From positions 115,506,001 to 115,570,000 of the forward strand of contig CM068743.1 of assembly GCA_035084275.1 (NCBI GenBank): a stretch of DNA of 64,000 nucleotides, in the 5' to 3' direction. The DNA comes from Hydrolagus colliei. Lineage: Eukaryota. This document shows positions 1 to 11,996 of the stretch, piece by piece (position 1 is the first letter of the stretch; the number at the start of each line of letters is the position of its first letter). The position numbers and the translations under genes were made by a program. Below the pieces are notes generated by a model, which was not told where the DNA came from, ran no database searches, and saw nothing but the letters and a program-made list of their open reading frames with translations.

Positions 1-2951
1 CATTCATTCCACTATTTTGCTTTCTGTTATTTTACAAGTGTGGCTGCACGCATTCATGTATAAGCATTTGTAGCAAATGAGTTGGAAAATAAGAAATGAA
101 AGCCATACAAAATTATACAAATTCCCTTTGACTGGCAAACAAACTCTTCTGTAAACAAAAATTTATGTTTGAATAAACAGAAAATAAAATAAACCAAAAG
201 TCCTCTTAAACCTGACCATGTTCCAGTAATGTTTTTAGTGTCTTCATTCAAATGTTAAGCTCACCCTCCTTTACCAATACAAACAAACATAGTTCTGAAT
301 AAAAACGTTAGTACACACAGAAATAAATCTGAGGTGACTCAGGTAAGGCTGCAATATATTACTCAGTGCTCTGTTCGTTAAACCATCATCACAATACTTA
401 ATATTTTCAAAATAAATAACTGCACTGCACATCTATCTAGCATTAGTTGAGAATGTGTGCATTACACTGCGAAGGAACCAAGCTGCTGTCTAATGAAAAA
501 TTGTCACCTATTCTGGTAAATACCTGTTGAATAATATATTCAGTATTGACTTATTGATGGCCTCCATTGTGGATTCATTAAAATACCCCGCAATGTAGTA
601 ATAGATGACATTTTCTGGTTGTAAGAGGAACACACTGAACTTTAAATTAACTTTTTTTTCTAAACAGATTTAAAATCATCACAGATTCTGTCAATTACAT
701 GTATTTCTGGTTGCGATATATAAAAAAAACACATAAAAAATATCAATATGTTATTGGTACTAATGTAATGTTCTGAAGTTGTGTACTGCGAAGAATAAAT
801 TGTTACGGCAACACAGCAAATTGCAATTGCTTTAAAATAAGTTACTTTCCTTTTTCTTATTTGAAATTGTGCAAAAAACAAATCACCAAGTACTGGGAAT
901 AAAATCTGTAACTAAGAAGCTGCAGTCATCTCTTCAGCTGGCATCCTGTGAATATTTTTTTTATTTGTTCCACATTCAAGAGAGCATTTTCATCTTTCAG
1001 GTCAGCTATTTGACGACTGGAACAGGGAACCATTATTCTTGTGTCACTTTGGGGATCCCATCTGCAGACAACCTCCCTCCCCACACCCCGATGGTACACT
1101 AACCACATGGTGTGGAGCATGAGAGACTGACAGGTGTCCGCTTCCATGATTCATACACGCATAAGCTCAGGCAGTTGGCCTCAGCCAGCTGGAATGGGAA
1201 AGGAAACTGTGGAGTGGGAGAGGAAATGATATATAGAGACTGGGAATTAAGGCACAGCTCAAGGAAACTAGACCAGGTTGTTTCTAATAAAATTCTTGAG
1301 CCATCAGATATTAGGCAGGGATGAATTAATTATGTTGTCCCAATGATATTTCACTGAAGCAGAGAAATATTAACTGCTTACCCCAGATGTTACATCCAGG
1401 TTGTTCCCATCAGAAAAATAACATCCAGTCATAAAATATTAGCCAAGATCATTTGTAGGCCTCCACAGGCATCAGCCGAGACTCCAGAGAATTAAAAGCT
1501 ATGCCCCATTTAACACAACTCAACCTTCTCAAAGTTAAAGGGGCTTGAATAAAGATTGAATTGAAAACTTAAAAGGTGTTTCTATTTAAACTTCACCCAC
1601 TCCCCTCCTTTCACTGACAAAATAATAGTTTCCACATTACTCTCTATGTATCAGAAACTTTATCCCCCTCCTAATCCCTCCCTCCCCCTGCACACACACA
1701 CACAAACACATTTGGCATTGCCTCTGATTGTCAGCACAAGGCGTATCTGGGATTGTTTGTTTCTGTTTCCATTTCTCTCCACACCCACCCCATTTGTTTC
1801 AATAAATATCATGAATAAGTAACATAGAAGCCAACCTGTATTTGCCTCAAGCTGAACTAGTTAGCTCTTGTTGCCTGTAAGATTGACATTGCCTGTGCCT
1901 GGTTGGTTCCTGTTTGTGCATATTTTTGTCAACCTTCTTAAGTAATAATAACAACAATAATTCTTGCGCCTTATCAAATCCTAAATTTTGCCAATTTGTG
2001 CTGACCAATAATTCACTGAACACAGACAGTAAGTATGTGTCCAAGATCAATTTCTTAGCCCTACTCAACACGAGTGCTGAATCTCAACTTTAAATCCTCC
2101 AAATCAAGTTGTTTTCAGTCTATTTCCAGGGAGCAATTTTAACCCAATCCCAATTGCTTTTTGACCATTGTCCATTGCGTGTTTCAGAGACTATTACACT
2201 CTGGTGCCCTGACACAGTTCCTCTGCACATTGCCCATTGCCATTTTCAGTTTCCCATTAGGAACCTCTTCCAGTTGCAGCTCCTGTCACCTTGTGATCGA
2301 TATTGTTCTGTTTTCTCCGGTAACATAGCAATATGTTTTTTTGCAGGAGAGACCAATTAGTCCATTGAGCAACCTATACTACTTCTCAAAATATTCCTTA
2401 GACAATTCTATCTTGATCACTGAGTAACCCTGAATCCTTTCAATTTCCTGGGATTTGTCCAGTTTCTTTTTGTTCTATCGTGATCCAGTAAGTAAATCCT
2501 GAAACAAACTGAAATATAGGTACTAGAGGTAGAGTACTATCAATGGTTTAACATCAGTGCTTTGTGTCAATGCAGCTCTCTTAAGTTCCAAGGCACATTA
2601 ACTGTTCCTAGCCACCGTGCCCAGCAAGGTTATCAACATATGGTTATGAATCAGAGTCAAGTTCTCATGTAAACGTGACTTAAATTGGATCTTCCCTAGA
2701 GAAAATGTACTTCACATCGTAAGACGCTTTATCAAGTGCCTGGCCCCTCCCCTTCACTCCCATTCTCCCAGAGAGCCCATTTTCAACCCCAGTAGAGATT
2801 ACTGGATAATCATCAGCAATGTGAACCCTGGTTGATTCTCCCACACGCTGTGGTCACTGAGCGAGGCCAATTGTGAAGCTGATTGAAACTGAGAATATGT
2901 CCTACCAACATCGCCATGTGCAGTTTCTCAGGTGATGTTTAATTATGGTCT

Positions 2952-3247
2952 TAATAATAATCCTTGCATTTGATACAGCGCTTTTCATGTCTTCAAGGTG
3001 TCTCAAAGTGTTTCACAGAATATCGTGTAAAGTGAATTGACCGTGTTTGGGGGGGGGCGAAATGTCGTAACCAATTGCATAGTCATGGATTCAGTGAGCA
3101 AATTATTATTTTTTTTTCTTGAGGGATTATTGTCAGACATGTGGAGTAAGGAAACAAGGAAGGAAACCTTGAGCAAGGTTTCACCCTGGCTGAAATCAAA
3201 CCTAGGTCTTGCAAGGTGGATGCTCTAACCATTGAGCTGCAGGGCTT
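2952..3247 (-). mobile_element. tRNA-derived SINE, family A (diverged, near full-length)
   Basis: Reverse of head gccctgcagctcaatggttagagc, body agtttccttactccac and L2-like tail caaatgcaaggattattatta shared with other copies in the window. Confidence 0.85.
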
Positions 3248-5394
3248 TACGTGATGTGTTCTTGTCGCAGGTAGATTTTTACCAATGGAGATTCCAAATC
3301 ATACTTCAGCCACAATGTGGTTAAAATCTGAAGGTGTTGAAAAGTGTACAGTTGAAAAGTTTCCTGCCCAGGAGAAGTAAGTGAGCAAATAGTGAAACCT
3401 TAGCCATAGCATTGCACCACAATATTCTTGGCATCGCCACACCTCTCCTAGCTTTCTTTGTCATAGTGCATATTGTGGAACATAAACATGGAAAATGCAA
3501 TCATAGACATATTTTCAATCTATAAAAATGCAGATGCAAACTAGCGCCAATGTCAGCCGTGATGGAGTACAGCGAGAAAGCAATACATTGTCAAAATGAA
3601 TATAGTGTATTTAGAAATCACAATGAATAAATTGAGTTTGTTACTTACTTTACTGGAAACATTTAATATAATGAACATAGGCTCTTGTTAAAGTGACAGC
3701 AGTAAGTCAGTGCCAGCAATCTGATGTGCTCGTATTCTTTCTTTACTTGATTGTAGAAACAGCATGTTTGTATAAACATCAGACTCAGAACTGCACAAAA
3801 CTTGTTAACCTATTAAGTAAATAGTGTAGGTAGAACTTAAATGAAAGATGGCTGAGCGCACCCATGTTGTTAATGTGTCCAACTGGCCAAACTGTACACG
3901 TGAACTTAATCTCCCTGAAATTAAGTAAATAAATGACATGCTATTATAATAGGATCATTGGCTTATTGATAACAGTGAACCCTTATTGTTCATGGAGTGC
4001 CGCAAACGGTTCAGCAAGCTTTCCCAGCTTTCTATAGGGTGAAAAATACAGCCTGAGGGCGGTAAGTCCTACCTCAGGTGTTACCACCCAACCTTTCGTC
4101 CAATACCCCAAGAGAGGAGACGTCAAGTCAAATCTCACAGGAGAACGGTGTATGTGCGCGTGCGTGCATGTGTTAGTGTGCAGTCTGCTTCACAGTGGGA
4201 ACACAAAGATACAAGTCTGCTTATGGAACAGATGCAAGTTTCCCATGCTCTGGTTCAGCTGGGAGCACACACATCTATGCAAAAATAAATCACACGGAAC
4301 TTGCTGTCATTTCACTGCCTTTCTGCGAAATCCTCTGACACTCTTGCCGCATTGACTGGAGCAGCCTTAGTTTTTAAATGAAGATTGCGAGACTGGCATC
4401 AACAGCGCTGTCTAATGTTTAGCTAATACCTCTGTGAGTTCAGCATCAGCATCTGGTTGGTATTACATGCTGGGTACATTTATAATGGACTGCTGTTTTA
4501 TTCCACGAATAGGAAATCGCAGTGCTTCACCAACAAGCAGAAGTGAAGTGGGGAGGGGGTGTGGGGGAGAGGGAAAGTGGATGTGAGAGAATGAGAGTGT
4601 GGGGGAAGGGAGATAGGGGGGGCGCCTGCTCCAAACACACAACCATATTGCAGCCAGGGAAAGGGTCCAGTGCAAGATTTTTTTCTCCCAAGGCACAAGC
4701 AGAAATGTGTTAACTGAGCTAATAGTGCCAAGTATTATGCTTGGTTAAAAATTTAATCACCTGCAAGTGCAAAACAAGTGCAAAGCAATCATGTTGTAAT
4801 TAGCACAGCAATTAACACCTTTGTTTCTGATTCCCAGTGGGCACCACGAGGGGTGGTATGATCACCATTGTGGATGCTTCTGACACAATCCAGAATTTTA
4901 CAGTGAAATTTTGTTTCCCTTACATCACATTTCCCTGAAATTCAGCTAATTCCACTCTGCTCCATACAGAAGCTGTTCATGCCATTTTCATACTGGCACG
5001 AGCAACAACAATAACAACAGAATTACATATGTATCGTGCCCTTCACATTAGGAGGACATCCCTAGCCACTGGGTCAAGATCCACTACAAGGCACTCTTAA
5101 CTTGGTTGAAGTAACAATGATACTACTGTAATAATAATAATCTGACCATTTTTGTTGCAGCCCTTTCACATCAGGAGGATGCTGCAGAATTTACTGTAAA
5201 GTGCAGAGACTGTGTATTTTGAGGGTGAATGAAGATAAGTAACAAAAAAACACTTAATGACTTGCAACTGGGCCCAACTCTCAATCCTGAAGCATGAAAT
5301 TCAACCTCATCCTAGCTCTCAAATTGCTCTCAAATTGAATATGGTGCAGAATTTTGGAAAATTCATTAACTTAGTCTTAACTTGAATTTTAAGA

Positions 5395-5860
5395 GATCTC
5401 AGAGTGCTTAACAATTTGGGAGGCCGAGTCCAAGCTAGAGGGAGGAGGAGGGGGAAGGTGACCATCAATGAGAAAGTTTGGTGTGGGTGTAAGTGCCATC
5501 AATGAGAAAGGTCTTCAGGCATGATCTGAAGATGGGGAAGGAGGGAGGTGAAGGGGTTGAGGGAGGGAGTTCCAAAATTTTAGGGCATAGTGGCCAAAAG
5601 CATATAGTGGATCAAAGGATTCAGGGGACAAGGAGGAAGCCAGACCTTGTAGAGCACAGGCAGCATGATGAGAGAGGAGGTTAGAGAGGTAAGGGTCGGG
5701 GGGAGGGGGGGTGGTGGGGGGGGGGGGCCGGATGCTAAGGAGTGGAGGGATTTAAACATAAGAATGAGGGTCTTGGTCGATCCGTTCTGTGACAGGGAGC
5801 CTGTGCAGTTTGACAAGGACTAGGGTAAGCGGGGTACGAAGTTTGGTGTGGGTGAAGATG
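5395..5860 (-). mobile_element. L2 LINE 3' fragment
   Basis: Purine-rich strand similar to other L2 copies here; minus-strand translation includes LILMFKSLH, typical of the L2 ORF2 end. Confidence 0.75.
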
Positions 5861-6086
5861 CTGCTTTTTAAGTGAGTCTGGTGCCCTGGTCGCTACCACC
5901 TTTCCTGGCAACCTATTCCAGTTGTTAATTGCTCTTTGAGTAAAGAAAAACAGTCCTGAAATTCAACTTTACAACTCTAAACCTATTATTTTCTTGTTGT
6001 ACTGTTTTGTTGCATCCTAAAATATTGATTTGTGTTCACTTCATTCAATTCAATACCATTTAAAATTTTATGAACCTCTATAAGCT

Positions 6087-6237
6087 TCTACAAAACACAA
6101 AATATTACAGATGCTAAAAATACTACAGATGCTGAAACAAAAACAGAACTTGCTGGGAAAACTCAGCGGGTCAGGCAGCATCCATAGAGAAAGGAAAGTG
6201 AGTCAACGTTTTGGGTCCATGACCATTTGTCAGAACT
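6087..6237 (-). mobile_element. Penelope-like element terminal fragment
   Basis: acagaacttgctgggaaaactcagcgggtcaggcagcatccatagagaaag...aacgttttgggtc resembles the abundant chondrichthyan Penelope terminal repeat; flanked by duplicated CTCTATAAGCT (6076-6086 and 6236-6246). Confidence 0.65.
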
Positions 6238-6874
6238 CTATAAGCTCTATCAGCTTCTCTGAGTCATCTTCTCAAACCCTTTCAGGAGAGGAGGGAAGGA
6301 ATTGACGATGAAAATAAACCAAAAAAAGTGCAGTATCTCTACAGTAGTGTATGCAGTATTACTAATTAGGGTGAGTTTCTGCTTTGCAAGGTATTTCACT
6401 TCCTGTGATTTATTGACGTTATTCTGACTAACCTTCCTATCTGGCTGTGTTGACCACATTGCAGTGTTTAGGCTCAGGGACTTTGTTAAAGTACTTTGCA
6501 AAATAGCCCATTATATGAGGTACAAATAACTTAATGTACCGATACAAATTGCAGGGGAATACCAAGAGTTTAATCCGGGTTTCATTTATCATCTGGGAAG
6601 CAACTAACAAAGGGAAAAGAGATTTGCTGGAATCATTTTGGGTGTGGTGCATGTACTGTATACATTAGGCAGTTGAGTCACTTAACCTGTTTTTAATTTA
6701 TTGACTAAATATGGGGTATTTCTTCATTTATTCAAGTATCTAGACATGTTGACATTATGCAATCAGTTGAACTGTTGAATAATTGTGAAACTCAGGTTTT
6801 CTCATGAGGAAAGAGTTAGCATTGGTGACTGTGATTCTGACCCTACACACAGTTTCCAAACAAATCACTTACTT

Positions 6875-7060
6875 GATTGTGATGGCAAGTGGGAGCCCTG
6901 GCTGCTTCGTACAGTGCTCAGGGGCCCCCGAAGCCATTGTAGTACCTCTATTATTATCCCAGCTGATACCATCTAACTGTGCACAAACCAAACATCAAAC
7001 CTGGATTCATAGCTCAGTTTCACTGTAAGTTGTAGCTTTACCAACCGAGCTATTGGGATA
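6875..7060 (-). mobile_element. Ancient tRNA-SINE relic (AmnSINE2-like); related pieces at ~2790-2900 and ~46195-46320
   Basis: Shared motifs ccctggctg, gcca(a)ttgt, gctgagatcagctaa-like and a tRNA-like end in three places; the family name is tentative. Confidence 0.4.
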
Positions 7061-8146
7061 AAGCGGGAATGACAATGGTTGTGTGTTTTAGTAGAAATTA
7101 AGTTTAAGAAAAAAAAATAGTATTTCTGTAAATAATCCAACATTTATATCAGTATAACTATTGTGACTATGTGGTGTGGCATCACAAGGAACATCACAAC
7201 TGAAAAAAAAAGATTGTCTAAAAATGCTGTTATATAACATATTAAATGAACTTTTGAATATTGGTTAATAGCACTTACTGCTGTGTTGCAGTAATTTTCA
7301 TTTTTACTGTATCTAATGACTTTCTGATGGCTCAAATTCTCTGTAGGGACACCAAATGATTACAATAAGGATGACTGATCTTTGTAAGATATGACTGATT
7401 GGTACAATAATAGGCACTCTTCCCTGTAAGCTGTTATAGGCAATCAATTATATCACTGTGTGGGACTCCAATGCATACTTCATTCGCAGTTTGTCAACTG
7501 GGATTACGGCATTACATAATGTCACTTAATTTTAGTTAACATTCAACTTAAATTATAAACAACAGCTAAATAGTTAATACATTTGGCTACAAGGCATATT
7601 CATGGGTAAAACCTCTGCGTAATCAGAAAGACTTTTAAGTTGATATCCCTATCACTGTACATTTCTTACTCATTTCCAACAGAAATAGATGTTAGAAAAT
7701 CATCAAACATTAATTTATACCGCTGATAAGAACTAGCCAAATATTTAAGATATGCATAAAGATAAAGTATTGAATAGATTAAAAGTCATGTTGTAATTTT
7801 AATTGATGCAGTAACTGCAAAGAATGGTACAAGAATTTTTGTAATTCTTCTACAGCTCTTTATACAAGATGAGATTAATATGTTTAAATTAGTGTAATAG
7901 AGTCATTTGACAATATGATATAGCAGGATTGAATGAAAACAGTTATCAATTAACATATCCACTTTCAGTTATCTGATTTATTCTACATGTCATTCAATGG
8001 AACAATTAATAGATCCTCCTGTTTCAAATTTGCCTTGTATATGCCATGGACCCAGAAGCTATAGCACCCCTCCTCCTCCCCCAACTAATTTAACTTAATC
8101 AGCACAGACAAGGTGTATGCTGAGTTGTGCTGGTCTTGGTTTGCAT

Positions 8147-8464
8147 AATAAATAATAATAATAATAATAATAATCCTTGCATTTGATCTAACACTTTTTA
8201 CATCTTCTGGATGTCTCAGAATATACTGTAAAGTGAATTGACTATAAATGTGGGCGGAACACAGCAGTCAATTGCGCACAGCAGTGTCCCACAAACAGTT
8301 GTGGATTGAAGTGACCAATTTATTACAGTATTGTGTTTCTTTTTTAGGGATCATTATCAGGCATATGGAGTAAGGAAACTTGACCAACGTTTCGCCCTGC
8401 CTGGAATTGAACCCAGGTTTCTCGCTTGTACGGCGAACGCTCTAACCACTGAGCTACAGGACTC
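8147..8464 (-). mobile_element. tRNA-derived SINE, family A (full-length)
   Basis: Head GAGTCCTGTAGCTCAGTGGTTAGAGCG with A box and B box GGTTCAATTCC; tail CAAATGCAAGG(ATT)n. Confidence 0.9.
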
Positions 8465-9614
8465 CATATATGAGACAGCATGGCTCAGTTCCAGTTACCA
8501 ATCACCCATCAATGTTACCAAGCAAGCAAATATTTCCGCAACATAATGTTGTCTTATATTGACTCCTCTGCGCTGAGGAAGCCGATGTCTATACTTTACA
8601 AAATCCTATATTGTCCTATGCCCCCATGTTTCCAAATGTGGAAAAACAAACCGTAATTGAATAGCGACCTTTTCAAAAGACGTAATTAAAAAATTGGGAC
8701 ATTGGTGGTTAAATCTCCACTGGAAGTTAAATCTCCATCACTATATTCAATATTTTATAAAATATTTTATTGAAGGATTCACCAGGTTTGATAAAGATGC
8801 AATAATAAATGCATCTTAACATTTAGCTACCCTTACCATTGCTTTAATCATTCGATAAATGAGCTTGCTTTCTCAATGTTAGCTACAACACACATTTCCA
8901 TAGCTTGAGCCTGACCTCTTCAGTCAGTACTGTCATTTACACAGTTATCCCCTGATGTTGGCAGGCCAAGAGTTGTCACAGCAGCAGAATGTTCCCTGTC
9001 TTCCTTCCCTCTGAGCTGGATTGAATATACCTTGGAAGAAATAAAGCAATTTTTAGAATGATATAATTTTCAATTCAGTCAATTTCTGCAAGTTGCATTC
9101 ACCCACTGTACATATTCTTGCTAAATTATTGGCAAATGAGAAGTACTGTATTTGAAAATTGGAACCAGAAAGTAGTATGTTCCCGATGTGTATTCACTAG
9201 TTGTGAAGACATTGAGGAGAATAGCAGACAGGAAGGAAATTAGAAGCGTTGTACGAAACAATCAGATCTCATTCCAACACTGCTTGGGTACATTAATGTG
9301 CAGCTAATAGCGACTGCTATTGATGTGCTTTGGGTGCAGGATTCAGTTCATACCGCAACAGAATTATTTACTGGAGGAAACTTAACATTAAGCTAAGCTT
9401 ATGATTGTTCATTACAAAGTCCAGTGCTGAAGGACTACTTTAAATTATATAACTCGCTAAAATCTCATGTTTAAAATGTGAATGTGTTTTCAGATATTCT
9501 TTCATGTTTTCATTGCCAAGATAGTATTTCTGTTATTTACCTGCTGCTCTCAATCAGCTCTGATCTGTGCTTTGCGCTGCTGGCTGCTGCCAATCATTTG
9601 GACAAGAACCGGTG

Positions 9615-9965
9615 ATAATCCTTGCATTTGATATAACTCCTTACCACACTGAAATGTCTCAAAGTACTTCAAAGTGCTGTGATGTTTTGTCTTCAGTGTA
9701 ATAACTGTATTTGCAAATCAACATAGCAGCCAATCTGCGCACAGGAATGTCAAGCCACAAACAGACTTGAAGTGAATGCCAATTTTTCAAATTTAGGAAA
9801 TTGTCCCGTCTCATTTCAAATTATATCACGGGATCTTTAACATACACCTAATGAGGCAGAGATCCCTCAATGTATTGTCTCATCTGAAGAACGGCATCTT
9901 TAGCAATGCAGTCCTCACATAGAACCTCATTGGTGTTCATCTGGACTGCGAGTTTAAAATCCCTA
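9615..9965 (-). mobile_element. Deu-domain SINE relic
   Basis: gggatctttaacatacaccta...tctcatctgaagaacggcatc is the reverse of the Deu core; shares the SINE tail. Confidence 0.7.
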
Positions 9966-10160
9966 CAGAAACTTACCTGACATGCCATTCAGCCCATCAT
10001 GTCTGTGATGGGTGTTTTAAGAGAATGTTTTTCAGTCCCATTTACCTATCCGTTCCCCATGGCTCTAAGGGTTGATTCCCTTTTCAGGTATTTGTATCAG
10101 TTTTCCTTTTAATAGCTAATATGGATTTTGCCTCAACAACTGCTCCGAGCAGGGCATGTA

Positions 10161-10932
10161 CAGTAGAACCTCAGTAACGCGACCACCCACGGGACCACGA
10201 CCAGGTGATCGCGTTGGCGGGGAGGTCGCATTAGTGAGGTGTCGATTCTGCTGGATGGAAGATTAAACTATTGGCTACCTTCCATGCAGAGTCGGAGACG
10301 TCGGTGAGGGGGTTACTCAAGGCCGGGGAGTGGGTGTATTCGAGGCTGGGGTGGGGGAAAAAGAATACTAATAGCAACAGGAATAGGCCATTGTGCCATT
10401 TAACTAAATCCAGACCGGGGAGTGAGTGTCTGGAGGCCGGGGCGGAGGAAGATACTCGGAGGAAGTGTCTCGGAGCCGGGGAGGGAGGATACTCGAGACT
10501 GCGGAGTGAGTGTCTGGAGGCAGGTGGGGAGGGGGATACTCGGAGGAGGTGTCTCTCGGGGCCAGGGAGTGGGGATACTCGAAGCCGGGGGAATGTTTTG
10601 GGCCGTGGGGCCGGGCGCTCAGTTACCTGCAGCTTCTCTTTTTTTACTGTCTGACAAAGCGGCCGCTGACGTCACCTCTTCAAATCCGTGCCGCCTTCTT
10701 GTCTTGGTGACGTCATGCCACAGCCTGATCGACCAGAGTGGTCGCGTTAGGACCATGAAAATGTTGTTTGGGACCCGCCAAATCAGTGGCCGCGGTCCGG
10801 GAACCGGGGCGGTCGCATCAGTGAGGTTTATTTAACTGGAAATGAGTAAGGAAATATTTGGGACCGACTCTGATTGGTCACCTAGGTGTGGGGGTCGCAC
10901 CACTGAAGTGGTCGCCAAACGAGGTTCTACTG
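10161..10932. mobile_element. Non-autonomous Tc1/mariner (pogo/Tigger-like) DNA transposon, 772 bp
   Basis: Perfect 12-bp TIR CAGTAGAACCTC / GAGGTTCTACTG extending imperfectly to ~25 bp (GCGACCAC). TA duplication at 10159-10160 and 10933-10934. Subterminal GGTCGC repeats; no transposase. Confidence 0.9.
10417..10590. repeat. G-rich internal tandem duplication (~85-bp unit x2) inside the MITE
   Basis: gagtgagtgtctggaggc...gatactcggagga.gtgtctc...ggatactcga occurs twice. Confidence 0.8.
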
Positions 10933-11001
10933 TATATTCTAACTAATTTGGGTATGAAAATAATTCTCCCATTGTAGGACATCAACCCTGGCTGATGCTT
11001 T

Positions 11002-11190
11002 TCATAGGAACATAGGAATTTAGGAACAGGAGTAAGCCATTCAGACCTTCAAGTCTGTTCCACCATTTAATTAGATCATGGCTGATCTGTACCTCAACTA
11101 ATCCTTTCAATTCCAATTTCCCGCTTTCTTCCCATATCCCATAATACCCTTGAACAACCAAAAATATATCAACCTCACTCCTGAAAGTAT
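11002..11190 (-). mobile_element. CR1 3' UTR/tail fragment
   Basis: cataggaacataggaatttaggaacaggagtaagccattcag parallels the tail at 12417-12560. Confidence 0.8.
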
Positions 11191-11996
11191 GGATGTCACA
11201 AGGTCTAGGTATCAAGGCCCTGCATCATTTAACTGGACATAATTTAACACTGCAGACATCTAACAGAATTTAGGACCTTCATAATCTATCTTAATATCAC
11301 ATCAGATATTGTATGGAAACAAAAAGAAGGAAACAACTTTATATATTCCTATTGGTTTTATCACTTTCTAACTTTTCAAAGTTCTTCATAAATAATTACT
11401 GTCAAGTATAGTGACTATTCTTAATTATAAAGCGCATTGCAGAATAATCCCGAATTTCACCACTTGTATTTATTCATAATAAAACATACTAATTGTTACA
11501 TTTAACATTCCTCTTTTCGTGTTGGGATTGCTTCACTGGATATACTGCAAAGCGTAGTGGTGGTTTTTTTTGTAAGCAAGTGCAACAGCCAGTTTTGCAT
11601 ACAACGATTTCTCATCAACAGCCATGAAGTCAATAACAACCTATTATTTATTGGGAGGATTTTTCCCAGGACGCTTGGCATGACTCCACCCGACTTGATA
11701 TTGGTTTAGCTGAGGAATGAGTGAGCAATTTTACTTGCGATATTGTTTGCCAAATAATCGCATAACATCCAACTAAGCAGGCAAACAAGCTGACATGATA
11801 TTAGGTTCCATCCCTTGAGGCACGATATAAAGACTCCAAATCAGTCATTTGTATCAAATGCAAAAATTATTATTGTTAAATTATTGGAACTTTATGTCAG
11901 AATTGAATGGAACACCTTCCAAAGGCAATCAGTACCCAAATCATAGACACTCTTTCCTCCAAGAATCAGAAACTCTTTCCTCCCGTTCTCCAGATG

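Noticed and set aside
926-1147. Short ORF with a coiled-coil-like stretch (RQIADLKDENALL)
   Set aside because: No recognisable family, no clear splice sites and no continuation; cannot be supported as an exon without a homology search.
8390-8464. tRNA-like sequence (also at 20861 and 38920)
   Set aside because: Each is the head of a SINE, continuous with SINE body and tail; not a standalone tRNA gene.
10271-10835. Overlapping Gly/Arg-rich ORFs
   Set aside because: They arise from the GC-rich tandem repeat inside the MITE; no transposase (DDE or HTH) motifs.
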